From the NCBI GenBank assembly GCA_030867685.1, contig JAQOWU010000008.1:3038001-3102000 (forward strand): a DNA stretch of 64,000 bases, in the 5' to 3' direction. Shown piece after piece: positions 10,275 through 19,886 of the stretch. The position numbers and the translations under genes were made by a program. The DNA is from Wickerhamiella versatilis. Lineage: Eukaryota. Numbering within the stretch: the first letter of the stretch is position 1; every line of letters begins with the position of its first letter. Below the pieces are notes generated by a model. The model was given only the letters and a program-made list of their open reading frames with translations. It was not told the DNA's origin and searched no databases.

Positions 10275-12038
10275 TCAAACAACGCCCGCTGCAACTGCTG
10301 CAAGCCAAACTCGTGAGCTCACCTGGCCCGCGCCCACCTGGGGGCGAGAAAGCTCAGAAACTTCGACGTCTTTAAGCCTTGCGACAATGAGAACTTCGAG
10401 GGCTGCCTCTGCATCAAGTTCAGCCACACATTTCTTGACCAATTTTTCCTCTCCGTTAAATGCTGCTTGTAATCCAATTGTGCGAACTATTTCTTTGATA
10501 CCCCACACCGGTAGCGTTGCTACTTCTGCAATGGAAATAAATCGCGAAAGTACTAGTATCTGCATGGTATGGGGTTGAATAGCATTGTCTGCAATATCAC
10601 TCTGTGATCCAGGTGGACCAAGGGCTGTAGCTAGCTGGATGCGTACCTCTGAGAGCATGGCTTGCAAGGGTGCTCGACGCAGGTCTTCGGGTATTTCCTT
10701 AAAGACATCCGAGCAGGCTTCAAGAACCTCTGGTACTGGATGTTCGGTAAATACAGCATCTAAAGTGATCATTAGTGTTTCAACCGGTTTTTCCAGTCCG
10801 GCACGTAAAACGCCATAGATATCTACTGCTGAAGTGACCGCGACACTTTTAGCCAAGAGAGCATCATTATGCAACATTCTCTCACACAAACGCGGGATAA
10901 GAGAAAGAAGATCCACACCGAGTCTTACCGATGAGTCTCTTTGCGTTTTCGTCTTATTGGCATGTGTCCTCTCGCTAACTGCATACCCATGCAGTAAAAC
11001 TAGCAGGCCATCATAGTTTGCGGTCTGCATTCCGGCCAATCGTCGATTTTTGGCTGCGATATCGGTCATTATTGAGTCGCAAACATCAGATATACTTATA
11101 TTACCTCTGGTGGCATCAGCAATTGCTGCGGCTGCTTCAACACTCCGAGGCTTTACCTTATCAGCAATCCAAAGCACCTTATTGATGTGAGGATTCATTC
11201 CAAGCTGTTTGGTGTCTGGTTGAATATTCATCAGGCGCCAACACGCTACTGCTGCTGCTCTTCTCACGCCCACATCAATATCTTCTACCAGGCCTAAAAC
11301 TTTCTGTGCATCGGCAACTGGAGCATGCCGTGCCACCAAACGACAAGATTCTCTCCTCACCCTGATATCTACATCATTTTTTGACATTTCCACCAGACGC
11401 GACCAATTCTCTACCTGAGCTTCAGGAGCTTGCAGCGCGCGCACAGCAGCCAAGCGCCCGGCAGAAACTGTATCATTCAAATTCCTCTCTACCACTTTGA
11501 AATCAAGACAGGCCCCTACAGCCAGCTCTCTGATGGCAGCCACTGCATCGCTCGCACGATCAGCCAAATATGGATTCCCTTGGTCACATGCTGCGAGTAA
11601 TTGCGTGGCGCAATGTCTCAATGAACGCAAAGAGGACTGCGTTAGATACTCAAGGGCTTTTGTTACAGAGCCTGCAACCTCTTTTGACTCTGAACTGTAT
11701 ATAACTTCCTTTAAAGTATCCGAAACCCGATTCGCGTAGTCACGACGTTGCATTGGATAATTTATAGGTGCTGTCGGAATGCAGACATCATCAAGAGCTT
11801 CCAATGTAGTTATTTCAACATCAACACAACCAATACTTCGAGCGATAAGAGCTAGTAATTCTTGCATTCCAGCCTGTCCTTCGTAGGCAAGTGCTCTTTG
11901 AAGATTCTCAGCAGCCAATTCAACTGGATATTCTGGATCCACTAGCATTTCATAGGAAGCACAATCAGACGCATTTGTAGCAAGCTTAGTTCTCTTAGCT
12001 TCATTTGAGCCTACATTGGCACGAGCTCGACGCGTCAT
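10275..12038 (-). CDS. Divergent, shortened Scc3/Irr1/Rec11 (STAG/stromalin) cohesin subunit
   Basis: Helical-repeat protein with STAG-like blocks in the expected order: SSLRSLRHCAT, DRASDAVAAIRELAV, LNDTVSAGRLAAVRAL, SRLVEMSKNDVDIRVR. MCB elements lie at its start. Confidence 0.65.
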   Translation of the reverse strand: MTRRARANVGSNEAKRTKLATNASDCASYEMLVDPEYPVELAAENLQRALAYEGQAGMQELLALIARSIGCVDVEITTLEALDDVCIPTAPINYPMQRRDYANRVSDTLKEVIYSSESKEVAGSVTKALEYLTQSSLRSLRHCATQLLAACDQGNPYLADRASDAVAAIRELAVGACLDFKVVERNLNDTVSAGRLAAVRALQAPEAQVENWSRLVEMSKNDVDIRVRRESCRLVARHAPVADAQKVLGLVEDIDVGVRRAAAVACWRLMNIQPDTKQLGMNPHINKVLWIADKVKPRSVEAAAAIADATRGNISISDVCDSIMTDIAAKNRRLAGMQTANYDGLLVLLHGYAVSERTHANKTKTQRDSSVRLGVDLLSLIPRLCERMLHNDALLAKSVAVTSAVDIYGVLRAGLEKPVETLMITLDAVFTEHPVPEVLEACSDVFKEIPEDLRRAPLQAMLSEVRIQLATALGPPGSQSDIADNAIQPHTMQILVLSRFISIAEVATLPVWGIKEIVRTIGLQAAFNGEEKLVKKCVAELDAEAALEVLIVARLKDVEVSELSRPQVGAGQVSSRVWLAAVAAGVV

Positions 12039-12054
12039 AACTTCCCTTACGCGT
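12030..12054. promoter_or_regulatory. Two MCB (ACGCGT) G1/S cell-cycle boxes at the start of the Scc3-like gene
   Basis: ACGCGT at 12030-12035 (just inside the ORF) and at 12049-12054. Cohesin genes are typical MBF targets in yeasts. Confidence 0.45.
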
Positions 12055-12160
12055 CTGAGTAAGAAACGCAGTTGTAGAATAACTAATTCTATATCACCTG
12101 GGACTCTTCTATCAAAAATGCATAGGTAAAGAATGCCCCCTATAATCTCTTTAATTGCAA

Positions 12161-12340
12161 CTAACTAAAGTCTCGAGCATTGGTACTTCGAACTGCCGTT
12201 CTCAGCCCGATTCTTTCTTCTTTTGAAACAGATGGAATGGAAAATGGAGTCTGAGGGGTTTGCGCCTTGTTATTTGCATCGTCATACTGCAAGATGTCCT
12301 CTGTTGTAAGGCGTATCGCGGTTGGTTGACGTCGTATCAT
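12161..12340 (-). CDS. CDC26: Anaphase-promoting complex subunit Cdc26 (59 aa)
   Basis: The ATG at 12340 gives MIRRQPTAIRLTTEDILQYDD, the conserved Cdc26 N-terminal motif M(L/I)RRxPT. The longer 108-aa ORF call overlaps the neighbouring gene. Confidence 0.8.
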   Translation of the reverse strand: MIRRQPTAIRLTTEDILQYDDANNKAQTPQTPFSIPSVSKEERIGLRTAVRSTNARDFS

Positions 12341-12388
12341 GCCGCTAAGTGTCGGCCGTATGCTACTGACGTAATCGAGTGAGAAATT

Positions 12389-14908
12389 ATGGCAGAGGAC
12401 GTTTGTCGTATATGCTTGGCTCCCGGTAGCCCCGATGAACCTCTTTTTCATCCATGTAAATGTCGAGGGAGCATCAGGTATGTGCATCAGGATTGTTTAT
12501 TTGAGTGGATAAAGCATGCACGCATCGATAATCAATGTGACCTTTGTCGTTCGAAATTGCAATTCGAAAATGTTTACCGTAGCAATATGCCACGTCATAT
12601 TCCTCCATGGGTTTATCTTTGGTGGATACTTCGTCGTTTGCTGTATGCTGGACGTATGGCATTCGCGTTGATTTTGCACCTGGCAATTTCACTTTGCATA
12701 ATTGTTGCTCTGAAATATGGCTTTGAGCTCACTACAATTCATGCCGAGATGAGCATGTCGACTCTGCTTCCACGAACGCCAGAAGCACTTGTTCAACGTA
12801 TCTCCACGGCTCGGCTTCCCTATGTCAATCCGCCAATCAATCTAGACTGGCCAAAACATCGGCAGTTTCAAGAGCTAGCTGTTGCCATTAGTGATGGTGG
12901 GTTTATTCTTGGTATATGCTTGGTTTTAATTGTACTTGTTTGGGTCGTGACAATGTGGACTTTTACTGACCCGGCCATGCTCGATGATATAGACCACCTG
13001 TCCCGTGGCGAGCCAGGACACATGGATCTTGGTGATTATCTTGATGATGACACTCTGATAGAAGATGAGAATATTGTAGCTCCAGATAATGCACCGGCGG
13101 AGAACGCTGAGGCTATTCGTGAGGAAGTACGCCGAGAAGCTGAGGACGCCGCAATAGCGGCAGGATTGGGGGACCTTCTGGATCAGGATGAGGATGAAGA
13201 TGGAGCTTTGGGAAATTTGGTATGGGACACAATTGTGGAATTAGCTACAGGCCCGATTTTCAACAATGTTGCATCGGTTGTCGTACTTGGTACAGTTGCT
13301 ATAGCCATATTCTTAACAGCTTATGGCTTACCATTGATAAGTCTAAGTCTACTCAATGCAGCCGTGTCTTACATTTCAAAGAGGCAAAGCGTTTTTCCAA
13401 CAACACCCGAGGCATGCGTTGGATGTGTGGTGTTGGTATATATATTTTCCTTCACTGCTGTGAAGCAGTGGGAACAGCATAATCTGGATAAATTGCTTCA
13501 GTCTCAAAGTGGCCGCTGGTTTCTGGTTATCTTTCGCCGTGTACATACGGCTGCTAAGTGCTTCATGGTTGTAATAATCGAACTATTTTTATTCCCAGAG
13601 ATGTGTGGAGTAGTGCTGCATATTGTTGCCTTGCCAATATTGCCGTCTAGCAAATCCTGGATGCTTCAACATTCTTGGGTTGTGATAAGCACACAATGGC
13701 TTATGGGTTTCAGTTTTATGTACTTACTTGTGGCTTTTATGAATTCTTGCCGCACTTTTCTGCGTCCCGGAACGCTCTATTTTGCCCAAGACCCTCGCGA
13801 TCGCGAATTTGCTCCTCTGCATTCCGTTATCAGCCAACCACTTCTCGAGCATTTGAGAAAGATTGGTATGTCTGCGGTTGTGTACTCCGGACTAATTATC
13901 AGTGGTTTACCCTTGTCACTATTCATCAGTTACTTGATACCCTCACAATTGCCCCTTCAACTCTCAGCTACACCGTCCGTCGCCGCAATTACCAGGCTTT
14001 GGCCTCTCTGGCTACCAGCTCATGCTCTTTGGACACAGCGGCTTATTAGTACAGCCCGAGTCTCTGAGATATATAATAATATATGCCGAAGCACGTTTGC
14101 TTTCGCTGCACGCAGGTTTGATCTTGAATCCTGGTTGTTTCGTGGCCCACGTCACGGAAATAAAGGCAAGTGGGTACGTGTACCTTCACGGGATAATTTT
14201 AAAAGTCGTAAAGGGCTACGTATATTTGTGGATGTCGATGAACATAATAACCGTGTTGACGGTCTTGGTCAGGAAGTTCAGGCTAACGAGCTGCGGGATT
14301 ATTATGTTGTATGGCGCCCACAACACTTTTGGTGGAGACTTTTAGGTCTCTACGTATGCATATGGACCGTAGCCGCTTGGATATCATTATATTTCACCCT
14401 CGCTCCGATTGTGGTAGGGCGTGTTCTTGACAATATAGCCTTAGGAGGCCTACTACGGAATGATGCTTTACGTTTCATTTGTGGCTTACTTATTACCACT
14501 CCAGCGCTTGCTTTCGTGACTGCACATGTACCGCCGCTTCCTGCTAAGTCATTTGTTTACGCGCTACGAAGAGCGGTGGAATTGAGAGTAGTGTATTTGC
14601 GATCGTCAACTACTTTAACGCCATATTCGATTTTTGACGTTTTTTTGATCACCATGATGATATATTGGTTTGATTATGGTGGCTTTTTCTGGCTCCCTTT
14701 TGGCATATCACTAGCTCAGCTTTTCCTAGGGCGTGATAATTACCCAACTTTTTTGCAATTTGTTGCGCTTATTATAGCTCTTCATCCAATGCTACCCGAT
14801 TTAACTTCCGCCTTGAAGACCTGGGGAAATTCTGCACGGGATGAAACATATCTTGAAGCCAGTAGGTTGAAAAATCATCCAGATGAAGAGCCAGTTTCTA
14901 GTGATTAG
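12389..14908 (+). CDS. SSM4: ERAD RING-CH E3 ubiquitin ligase Doa10/Ssm4 (MARCH6 family)
   Basis: N-terminal RING-CH (CRIC...LFHPCKCRGSIRYVHQDCLFEW...CDLC), many TM helices, TD-domain motifs IELFLFPEMCG and LRPGTLYF. Confidence 0.88.
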   Translation: MAEDVCRICLAPGSPDEPLFHPCKCRGSIRYVHQDCLFEWIKHARIDNQCDLCRSKLQFENVYRSNMPRHIPPWVYLWWILRRLLYAGRMAFALILHLAISLCIIVALKYGFELTTIHAEMSMSTLLPRTPEALVQRISTARLPYVNPPINLDWPKHRQFQELAVAISDGGFILGICLVLIVLVWVVTMWTFTDPAMLDDIDHLSRGEPGHMDLGDYLDDDTLIEDENIVAPDNAPAENAEAIREEVRREAEDAAIAAGLGDLLDQDEDEDGALGNLVWDTIVELATGPIFNNVASVVVLGTVAIAIFLTAYGLPLISLSLLNAAVSYISKRQSVFPTTPEACVGCVVLVYIFSFTAVKQWEQHNLDKLLQSQSGRWFLVIFRRVHTAAKCFMVVIIELFLFPEMCGVVLHIVALPILPSSKSWMLQHSWVVISTQWLMGFSFMYLLVAFMNSCRTFLRPGTLYFAQDPRDREFAPLHSVISQPLLEHLRKIGMSAVVYSGLIISGLPLSLFISYLIPSQLPLQLSATPSVAAITRLWPLWLPAHALWTQRLISTARVSEIYNNICRSTFAFAARRFDLESWLFRGPRHGNKGKWVRVPSRDNFKSRKGLRIFVDVDEHNNRVDGLGQEVQANELRDYYVVWRPQHFWWRLLGLYVCIWTVAAWISLYFTLAPIVVGRVLDNIALGGLLRNDALRFICGLLITTPALAFVTAHVPPLPAKSFVYALRRAVELRVVYLRSSTTLTPYSIFDVFLITMMIYWFDYGGFFWLPFGISLAQLFLGRDNYPTFLQFVALIIALHPMLPDLTSALKTWGNSARDETYLEASRLKNHPDEEPVSSD

Positions 14909-15203
14909 CGAGTGGCTTATTTATTCTCGGCTGCAAATGAATCACTATGGAGGACTTTGCAATTTAGTAACCTTGGTCAAGTCTGGATAAATGCCACATT
15001 AGGGTGAAAACGAATAAACCATATTTAAGAGCAGATCAATTTGCATTTTCTACTTTGTTGCAATAAAGTACTTTGGCCTCAAAATTTAGATGTTATTTAG
15101 ACGAAAATATCTACTAAATCCTTTTGTGTTCACTAAGTTTGTAGACAATAAACGGTGGAATGCATACTGATATGCTAAGGATCTTCACTAGTGATCTAAG
15201 ATA

Positions 15204-16661
15204 TTAAAAGCCACTGAAGGGGTCATTCTCTGAAGGATGATAGGAAGGTATGCGTGGTGGTGCATCTGGTACAGGTTCTTGATGAGCTGATGGCTCGGCA
15301 GGTAGTGTCCTTGGCTCGGCAGACGGCGGTGCTTCGGGCTCATGGGCAGCGGAAGGTGCACTAGCAGGTGCATTCCTTGGTTCCGACAGTCTCACATTTT
15401 CCATGGTCTTAGTAGGAGGCTCTACCGGTGTTGCAGGAGCTGAATCCTCCCCTTCGTCATCAGCCTGGTCCGTTGGTCGATTGCCAGTTACTCTCGCAAT
15501 CGCATTATACCAAGCCTCGAGCTCAACAATCGACGTTGTTTTAAAGACATACTTATGTCGACCACCTAGAACCTTTCCAGCTTCCTTTCCAACAACTCTA
15601 AATGTGTAATTGTCGGAGTTGCCTGAAAGTTGGCAGTCAGGCAAATACCAACTAAGCTCCGGCTGGGCATCAGCTGTAGCATCCTTAGACTTAAACTGAT
15701 GCATGTATCCAGCAGGTGTAACAACAAAGTAATGCTGCTGGTAATTCTTGAGTACTGTTGTCTTACGCGAGAGTACGCCTTCGATGATAGGTTTCGTGGA
15801 TGAATGGTTTTCATTTGGGAAATGAACATGGGACACAGTACGCTGATAACCTGTGTCTGGAACCAGATTTTCCTTATTCACCGCCTTGAAATAATTCAAT
15901 TCCTTCTCGACATTAATAGATTGGAAGTTCTTTGTGACCTGCTTCGCACTGTCACTTTCATAGATAGCGAACCCAGAAATAAGTTGATCCAAATTGGATA
16001 AGCATTGCTGCAGAATTTGGAGTATATGGGTCTCGAGACTCGCAAAACTCCTTTGAACACTGAGAGCAGCTTCCGCTTGTGTATTCTCCTTTCCTACTTG
16101 ATCCCAAATATTCGCCTCCACACGTCTCTTAAGTACATAAGGATCATCCTTGTGATCTATTCCACGTGTACCAAAACTGGATGTCACTCTACCAAGAGTC
16201 TCTATTAGCTTTTGGCTGGAATCCCGAGCGTTTTTAATCTCTTTCATCCCCTTGCTACCCTGCGTACGCAAGGTCTTGTAATGTTTCTCTATTTCCTCTT
16301 CTAGAGAATCAAGCTGGGGAACTACAGTGCCCTTAATACCTTGTAGGACGGTCTGATTTTTCTGCGCTAACGAAGTGGTCTGGGTACGGAGCGATAAAAA
16401 AACATTGGCAAGTGTTGGTGTATCAGACGCCGCTGAACCTCGGGCAGCACCTGAATCCGGAAATTGAGGTCCTTCATTTGTTGCCTTAGCAGTTCGCTCG
16501 AGGTTAGACCCGATATCGGTATGAAGGCGGTGGTATCCATCAACATAGGCACGAGCTGCCTTCACACCTTGGTGCCATTGTTCAAGACGGCTGATTAGAA
16601 CAGCAGTCGAATCAACGTGTTCCTGCAGAGCATCCGTATCGTAATCCTGCACAGCGCTCAT
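15204..16661 (-). CDS. BAR-PH domain protein of the Slm1 / Ask10-Rgc1 family
   Basis: Helical N-terminal region with DPYVL, followed by a PH domain (GVLSRKTTVLKNYQQHYFVVTP...PELSWYLPDC...ELEAWYNAI) and a Pro-rich tail. Confidence 0.75.
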   Translation of the reverse strand: MSAVQDYDTDALQEHVDSTAVLISRLEQWHQGVKAARAYVDGYHRLHTDIGSNLERTAKATNEGPQFPDSGAARGSAASDTPTLANVFLSLRTQTTSLAQKNQTVLQGIKGTVVPQLDSLEEEIEKHYKTLRTQGSKGMKEIKNARDSSQKLIETLGRVTSSFGTRGIDHKDDPYVLKRRVEANIWDQVGKENTQAEAALSVQRSFASLETHILQILQQCLSNLDQLISGFAIYESDSAKQVTKNFQSINVEKELNYFKAVNKENLVPDTGYQRTVSHVHFPNENHSSTKPIIEGVLSRKTTVLKNYQQHYFVVTPAGYMHQFKSKDATADAQPELSWYLPDCQLSGNSDNYTFRVVGKEAGKVLGGRHKYVFKTTSIVELEAWYNAIARVTGNRPTDQADDEGEDSAPATPVEPPTKTMENVRLSEPRNAPASAPSAAHEPEAPPSAEPRTLPAEPSAHQEPVPDAPPRIPSYHPSENDPFSGF

Positions 16662-16850
16662 GATTGTGGGTAAAGGATGGCAGGGTTGCGGTGGTAGGTT
16701 TGCGATTGGTGAATGCTTAGTGTTGTGTTACCTCATAAATTTGCCGATCTATCCGAGCTTGACCTCAGCGCAAGCAACCGTTGTAGATAAAGTTGCAGAT
16801 AACATTGGTCGGTAACCGTATTTAAGCAGAGTTGTATTGCCTACCTATTC

Positions 16851-17174
16851 ATGTCGAGCACCCAGCGTGCCAACGCCTTGCTGGAGCAGATAGATGATGC
16901 AACTACTCGGCTTTTATCGAATCAGCTTCAACTGGTTAAGCTTGCGTCTAATAAGGATAAGCCTTTACCAACAGTGGCTGCTGAGACAGCAAGTATACAT
17001 GCGGCCGCATCATCACTAGTGAGGGCGTGTGAGGATTTACTAGTACTAACGAGGAATCTAAAAGAGGCCTGGGTGCTGGGTCAGGTGCGCTCACATATAC
17101 CTGAAGTATCACCTTCTGAAGTTGAAGAACGCAAAAAGATGGCTAGCTTATTGCTCGAAAATCTCAAGCATTAA
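16851..17174 (+). CDS. SRB6: Mediator head subunit Med22 (Srb6)
   Basis: 107 aa with the motif SLVRACEDLLVLTRNLKEAWVLGQ. Confidence 0.85.
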   Translation: MSSTQRANALLEQIDDATTRLLSNQLQLVKLASNKDKPLPTVAAETASIHAAASSLVRACEDLLVLTRNLKEAWVLGQVRSHIPEVSPSEVEERKKMASLLLENLKH

Positions 17175-17202
17175 TGCAAGTTTTGCAAATATATATATTT
17201 AT

Positions 17203-18318
17203 CTATGATGGATCGATTATAGGTTTATTGTTGTAACGCATGTTAGGCGCTGTTGTGAATACTCTTCCAACGGTTTTTTCGTCAATTGCAGAATGCGAGA
17301 GCCTAGCGCCGACATCTCTAAGCTTAGGTGGGTAAAGATTTGGACTTGACCTAGAGCGCTTCCGTGAACCTACGGGGAGCAACCTAGGAGAAGTTGCTTC
17401 AACAGCGGATTCGTCTTCTGTTGGTATAATATTAGAAATGCGAATTATTCGCCTTCTGTGTTTTCGAGGTGAACTTGACGGACTTGTCTCTTCAAGAGGT
17501 TCTAATATGTCATCTACTCTCATGAGGTTGCCATCTCGAGAAATCTCGGGTAACTGGTTTCGTGAAATAATGGCATGCGGGATTTTGGTATCTTCATCTT
17601 TTAGACTCAACGTATTAAACGGCTCAATCATAGGCAGAGGCTTCTGAGAAACGCCCAGCGTGGCTAGACGAGTATGCTCTACGTGGTTCTGACCCCATCT
17701 TCGAGGTCCAAGAGCTGGGTCTGGTGGCTTGCCATTTGTGACTTCCCAGACTGTCTCGGGGATATCTTCATCAAAGGACTCACTGAGCTGGATTCGCAAT
17801 ATTTCTGTAATCATTTGATTCACACCTGGGATCATATCAAGGGAAGAATCAGCGGAAATATGTCTGAGAGGATCGCCCCGGAATTGGACGCAGAGCCCGT
17901 GGGGGGTGTAAACCACATCAACTAGTGCATCAAGATGGATGTCATGTAGTTTAAGCGAGAAAGGCAATATTAGGCTTGCATCCGCTCCAATTAATCGAGG
18001 CTTGACCCACGCGGGCAAGTCTGGGCTATCCATTGGCTCACGTAGGGGATTTCCCTCGATGCGAGTGGATAATGCTAAGGATGCCGATCCTGAATATTTT
18101 AGTGCAAATACCACATGTGCTCTTTGCGTTGTCACTTGGTTTATTGACTGAAAAGCCAGGTGTGGGGGGGTCGTGCCAAAATCGATGGCCTCAACCCTGA
18201 GCGGTTTCACCATTATTGGAGGTCGTTTCGACTTAGATATGGCCTCAGTCATCGTACATTTCGTACGCTCCTGGAGGTCTGGGACGTCGAAAAAGCGCCA
18301 ATTAAAGCGAAAGCTCAT
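17203..18318 (-). CDS. MDM34: ERMES complex subunit Mdm34 (SMP domain)
   Basis: Starts MSFRFNW; contains SKRPPIMV, DFGTTPP, EGNPL and FRGDPL. Confidence 0.88.
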   Translation of the reverse strand: MSFRFNWRFFDVPDLQERTKCTMTEAISKSKRPPIMVKPLRVEAIDFGTTPPHLAFQSINQVTTQRAHVVFALKYSGSASLALSTRIEGNPLREPMDSPDLPAWVKPRLIGADASLILPFSLKLHDIHLDALVDVVYTPHGLCVQFRGDPLRHISADSSLDMIPGVNQMITEILRIQLSESFDEDIPETVWEVTNGKPPDPALGPRRWGQNHVEHTRLATLGVSQKPLPMIEPFNTLSLKDEDTKIPHAIISRNQLPEISRDGNLMRVDDILEPLEETSPSSSPRKHRRRIIRISNIIPTEDESAVEATSPRLLPVGSRKRSRSSPNLYPPKLRDVGARLSHSAIDEKTVGRVFTTAPNMRYNNKPIIDPS

Positions 18319-18414
18319 TTTTTAGGCCAGATTCTCCCGGTTGGGGAGCTTGTTTGAGGATTACTACGCATCACATAACTCGGTTCACCTGTGATCCTTG
18401 AGCTCAGATTTCAG

Positions 18415-18840
18415 CTAGAAGTATTTTCGACATAATTGCTTCACCTTTGTGTCGAATGAAATGCTATCGATATAAGTATTTTGCTGGTAAAATGGGCTCA
18501 TAAGAGTTTTGACATATAAATCCCAGATGTCTGTCAAAAATTGTCTAATTGCCTCTTCATTTCGCATCTCGTGCAATAAAAGAATCCGGACATTCCCTGG
18601 AGTAATAAACGCGCTCACGATAAAGTTGTAAAAACTATCGACTGATTTTTGGTAAAGCACATCAGATGTCCACTGCAACTCGTCCACTATATCAAGGGAT
18701 GCATGCAGTATGAAGGGGTTGAGTTCTCGCATAGCAGGTGCAAAATGCGAGTTTCCGTCATTACCATGACGTGCACTACCAAATTCGAGTTCGTATAGTG
18801 GCTTGTCCTCCTTCCCAACGATTGCAAGATAATATGACAT
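18415..18840 (-). CDS. TRS20: TRAPP complex subunit Trs20 (sedlin)
   Basis: MSYYLAIVGKEDKPLYELEF, NPFILHASLDIVDE, LYVKTLMSPFY. Confidence 0.93.
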   Translation of the reverse strand: MSYYLAIVGKEDKPLYELEFGSARHGNDGNSHFAPAMRELNPFILHASLDIVDELQWTSDVLYQKSVDSFYNFIVSAFITPGNVRILLLHEMRNEEAIRQFLTDIWDLYVKTLMSPFYQQNTYIDSISFDTKVKQLCRKYF

Positions 18841-19150
18841 GTATAAGCTGACCCAGTCAGCGTGGACGACTAAGTTATAGATAGATATGTACTGGACCCA
18901 TATTACTTGTAGTCCTTGCGGTGTTTTTCTTTTTCGCTTCTTTTTATTTTTATTTTTATTTTGGTAAAGTGACCTAGTACTTCCCCATTTTCTCTCTGCT
19001 TAGGTTAAGTATAGAAAGATATGATGCTAAATCAAATGACATATATTTCAGGTCCAGCGAACAGTGAACAGAACAGACCATCTACTAGTATTTAGAAAAA
19101 CAAGCAAGTAACTGAAATATGTCCGCAGACTTTCTTGTTGAATGAACAAA

Positions 19151-19174
19151 CAACCAAACAACCAAACAACCAAA
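19151..19174. repeat. Short tandem repeat (CAACCAAA)x3
   Basis: Directly visible: caaccaaa caaccaaa caaccaaa. Confidence 0.8.
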
Positions 19175-19886
19175 AATAACATAAAGCCTCTAAGCATAAA
19201 ATCCTATAAGTGTATCACAAGTGGCGCATCACACCGTCAATTAGCTGCAATTTATTCCAAGTAAAGGATTTTCCTCTTATAAGGGACTTATCAAATAGTC
19301 GGGTGAATCAGCATTACCAGAGTTCTATCAAGAAAGGATAAGCAGAGACGTAACAAGCCGCATGTCGCTAAAAAGGGTCACAACCAAGGTGGATTAATTT
19401 TCTAATAAAAAAAGAAACTGCAGGATGCAATAAATAAGGGGGTGCACCTAGAATACGACCTACTACTTTTAGAATATACAGAAGCCCTTGCCCTATTGAT
19501 TAACCTGGGTACGAACATAATTTGACCAATCTCGAGTGAGTGGCAGTATAAACCAATTGGAAAAGAGCCGTGGTCTCGGTCAATATTCCAAGATAATCTG
19601 CCACGTGTGCAAGGTTGGAAATCGCAATAATATTTTATTGTTTGGTTGTCAGTCGAAGATGACATATCAACATGCAGAAGGAGGCGTATTGGACACGGTT
19701 TATATTGCACAAACAAAATAATAAAGGGGAATCAGTGCTCAACAATATGTGATGCCTAATACCAGGATATCCTACTTTACCCACCACAAGCTTTTGCAGT
19801 CGCATATTAACTGCAATTAATTCCCTGAAACCAAACCCTGTTAGATAATCCACAGTTTCGCAATCTCACCCTGTCTTTATTTTGGT

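Noticed and set aside
19000-19012. Reverse-strand ATACTTAACCT resembling the U1 snRNA 5' end
   Set aside because: It has an extra base relative to ATACTTACCT, and no U1 stem-loops or Sm site could be built downstream.
19402-19853. Short ORFs (61-104 aa) in the TRS20/Mtc4-like gap
   Set aside because: No recognisable motifs, atypical composition and mutually overlapping frames.
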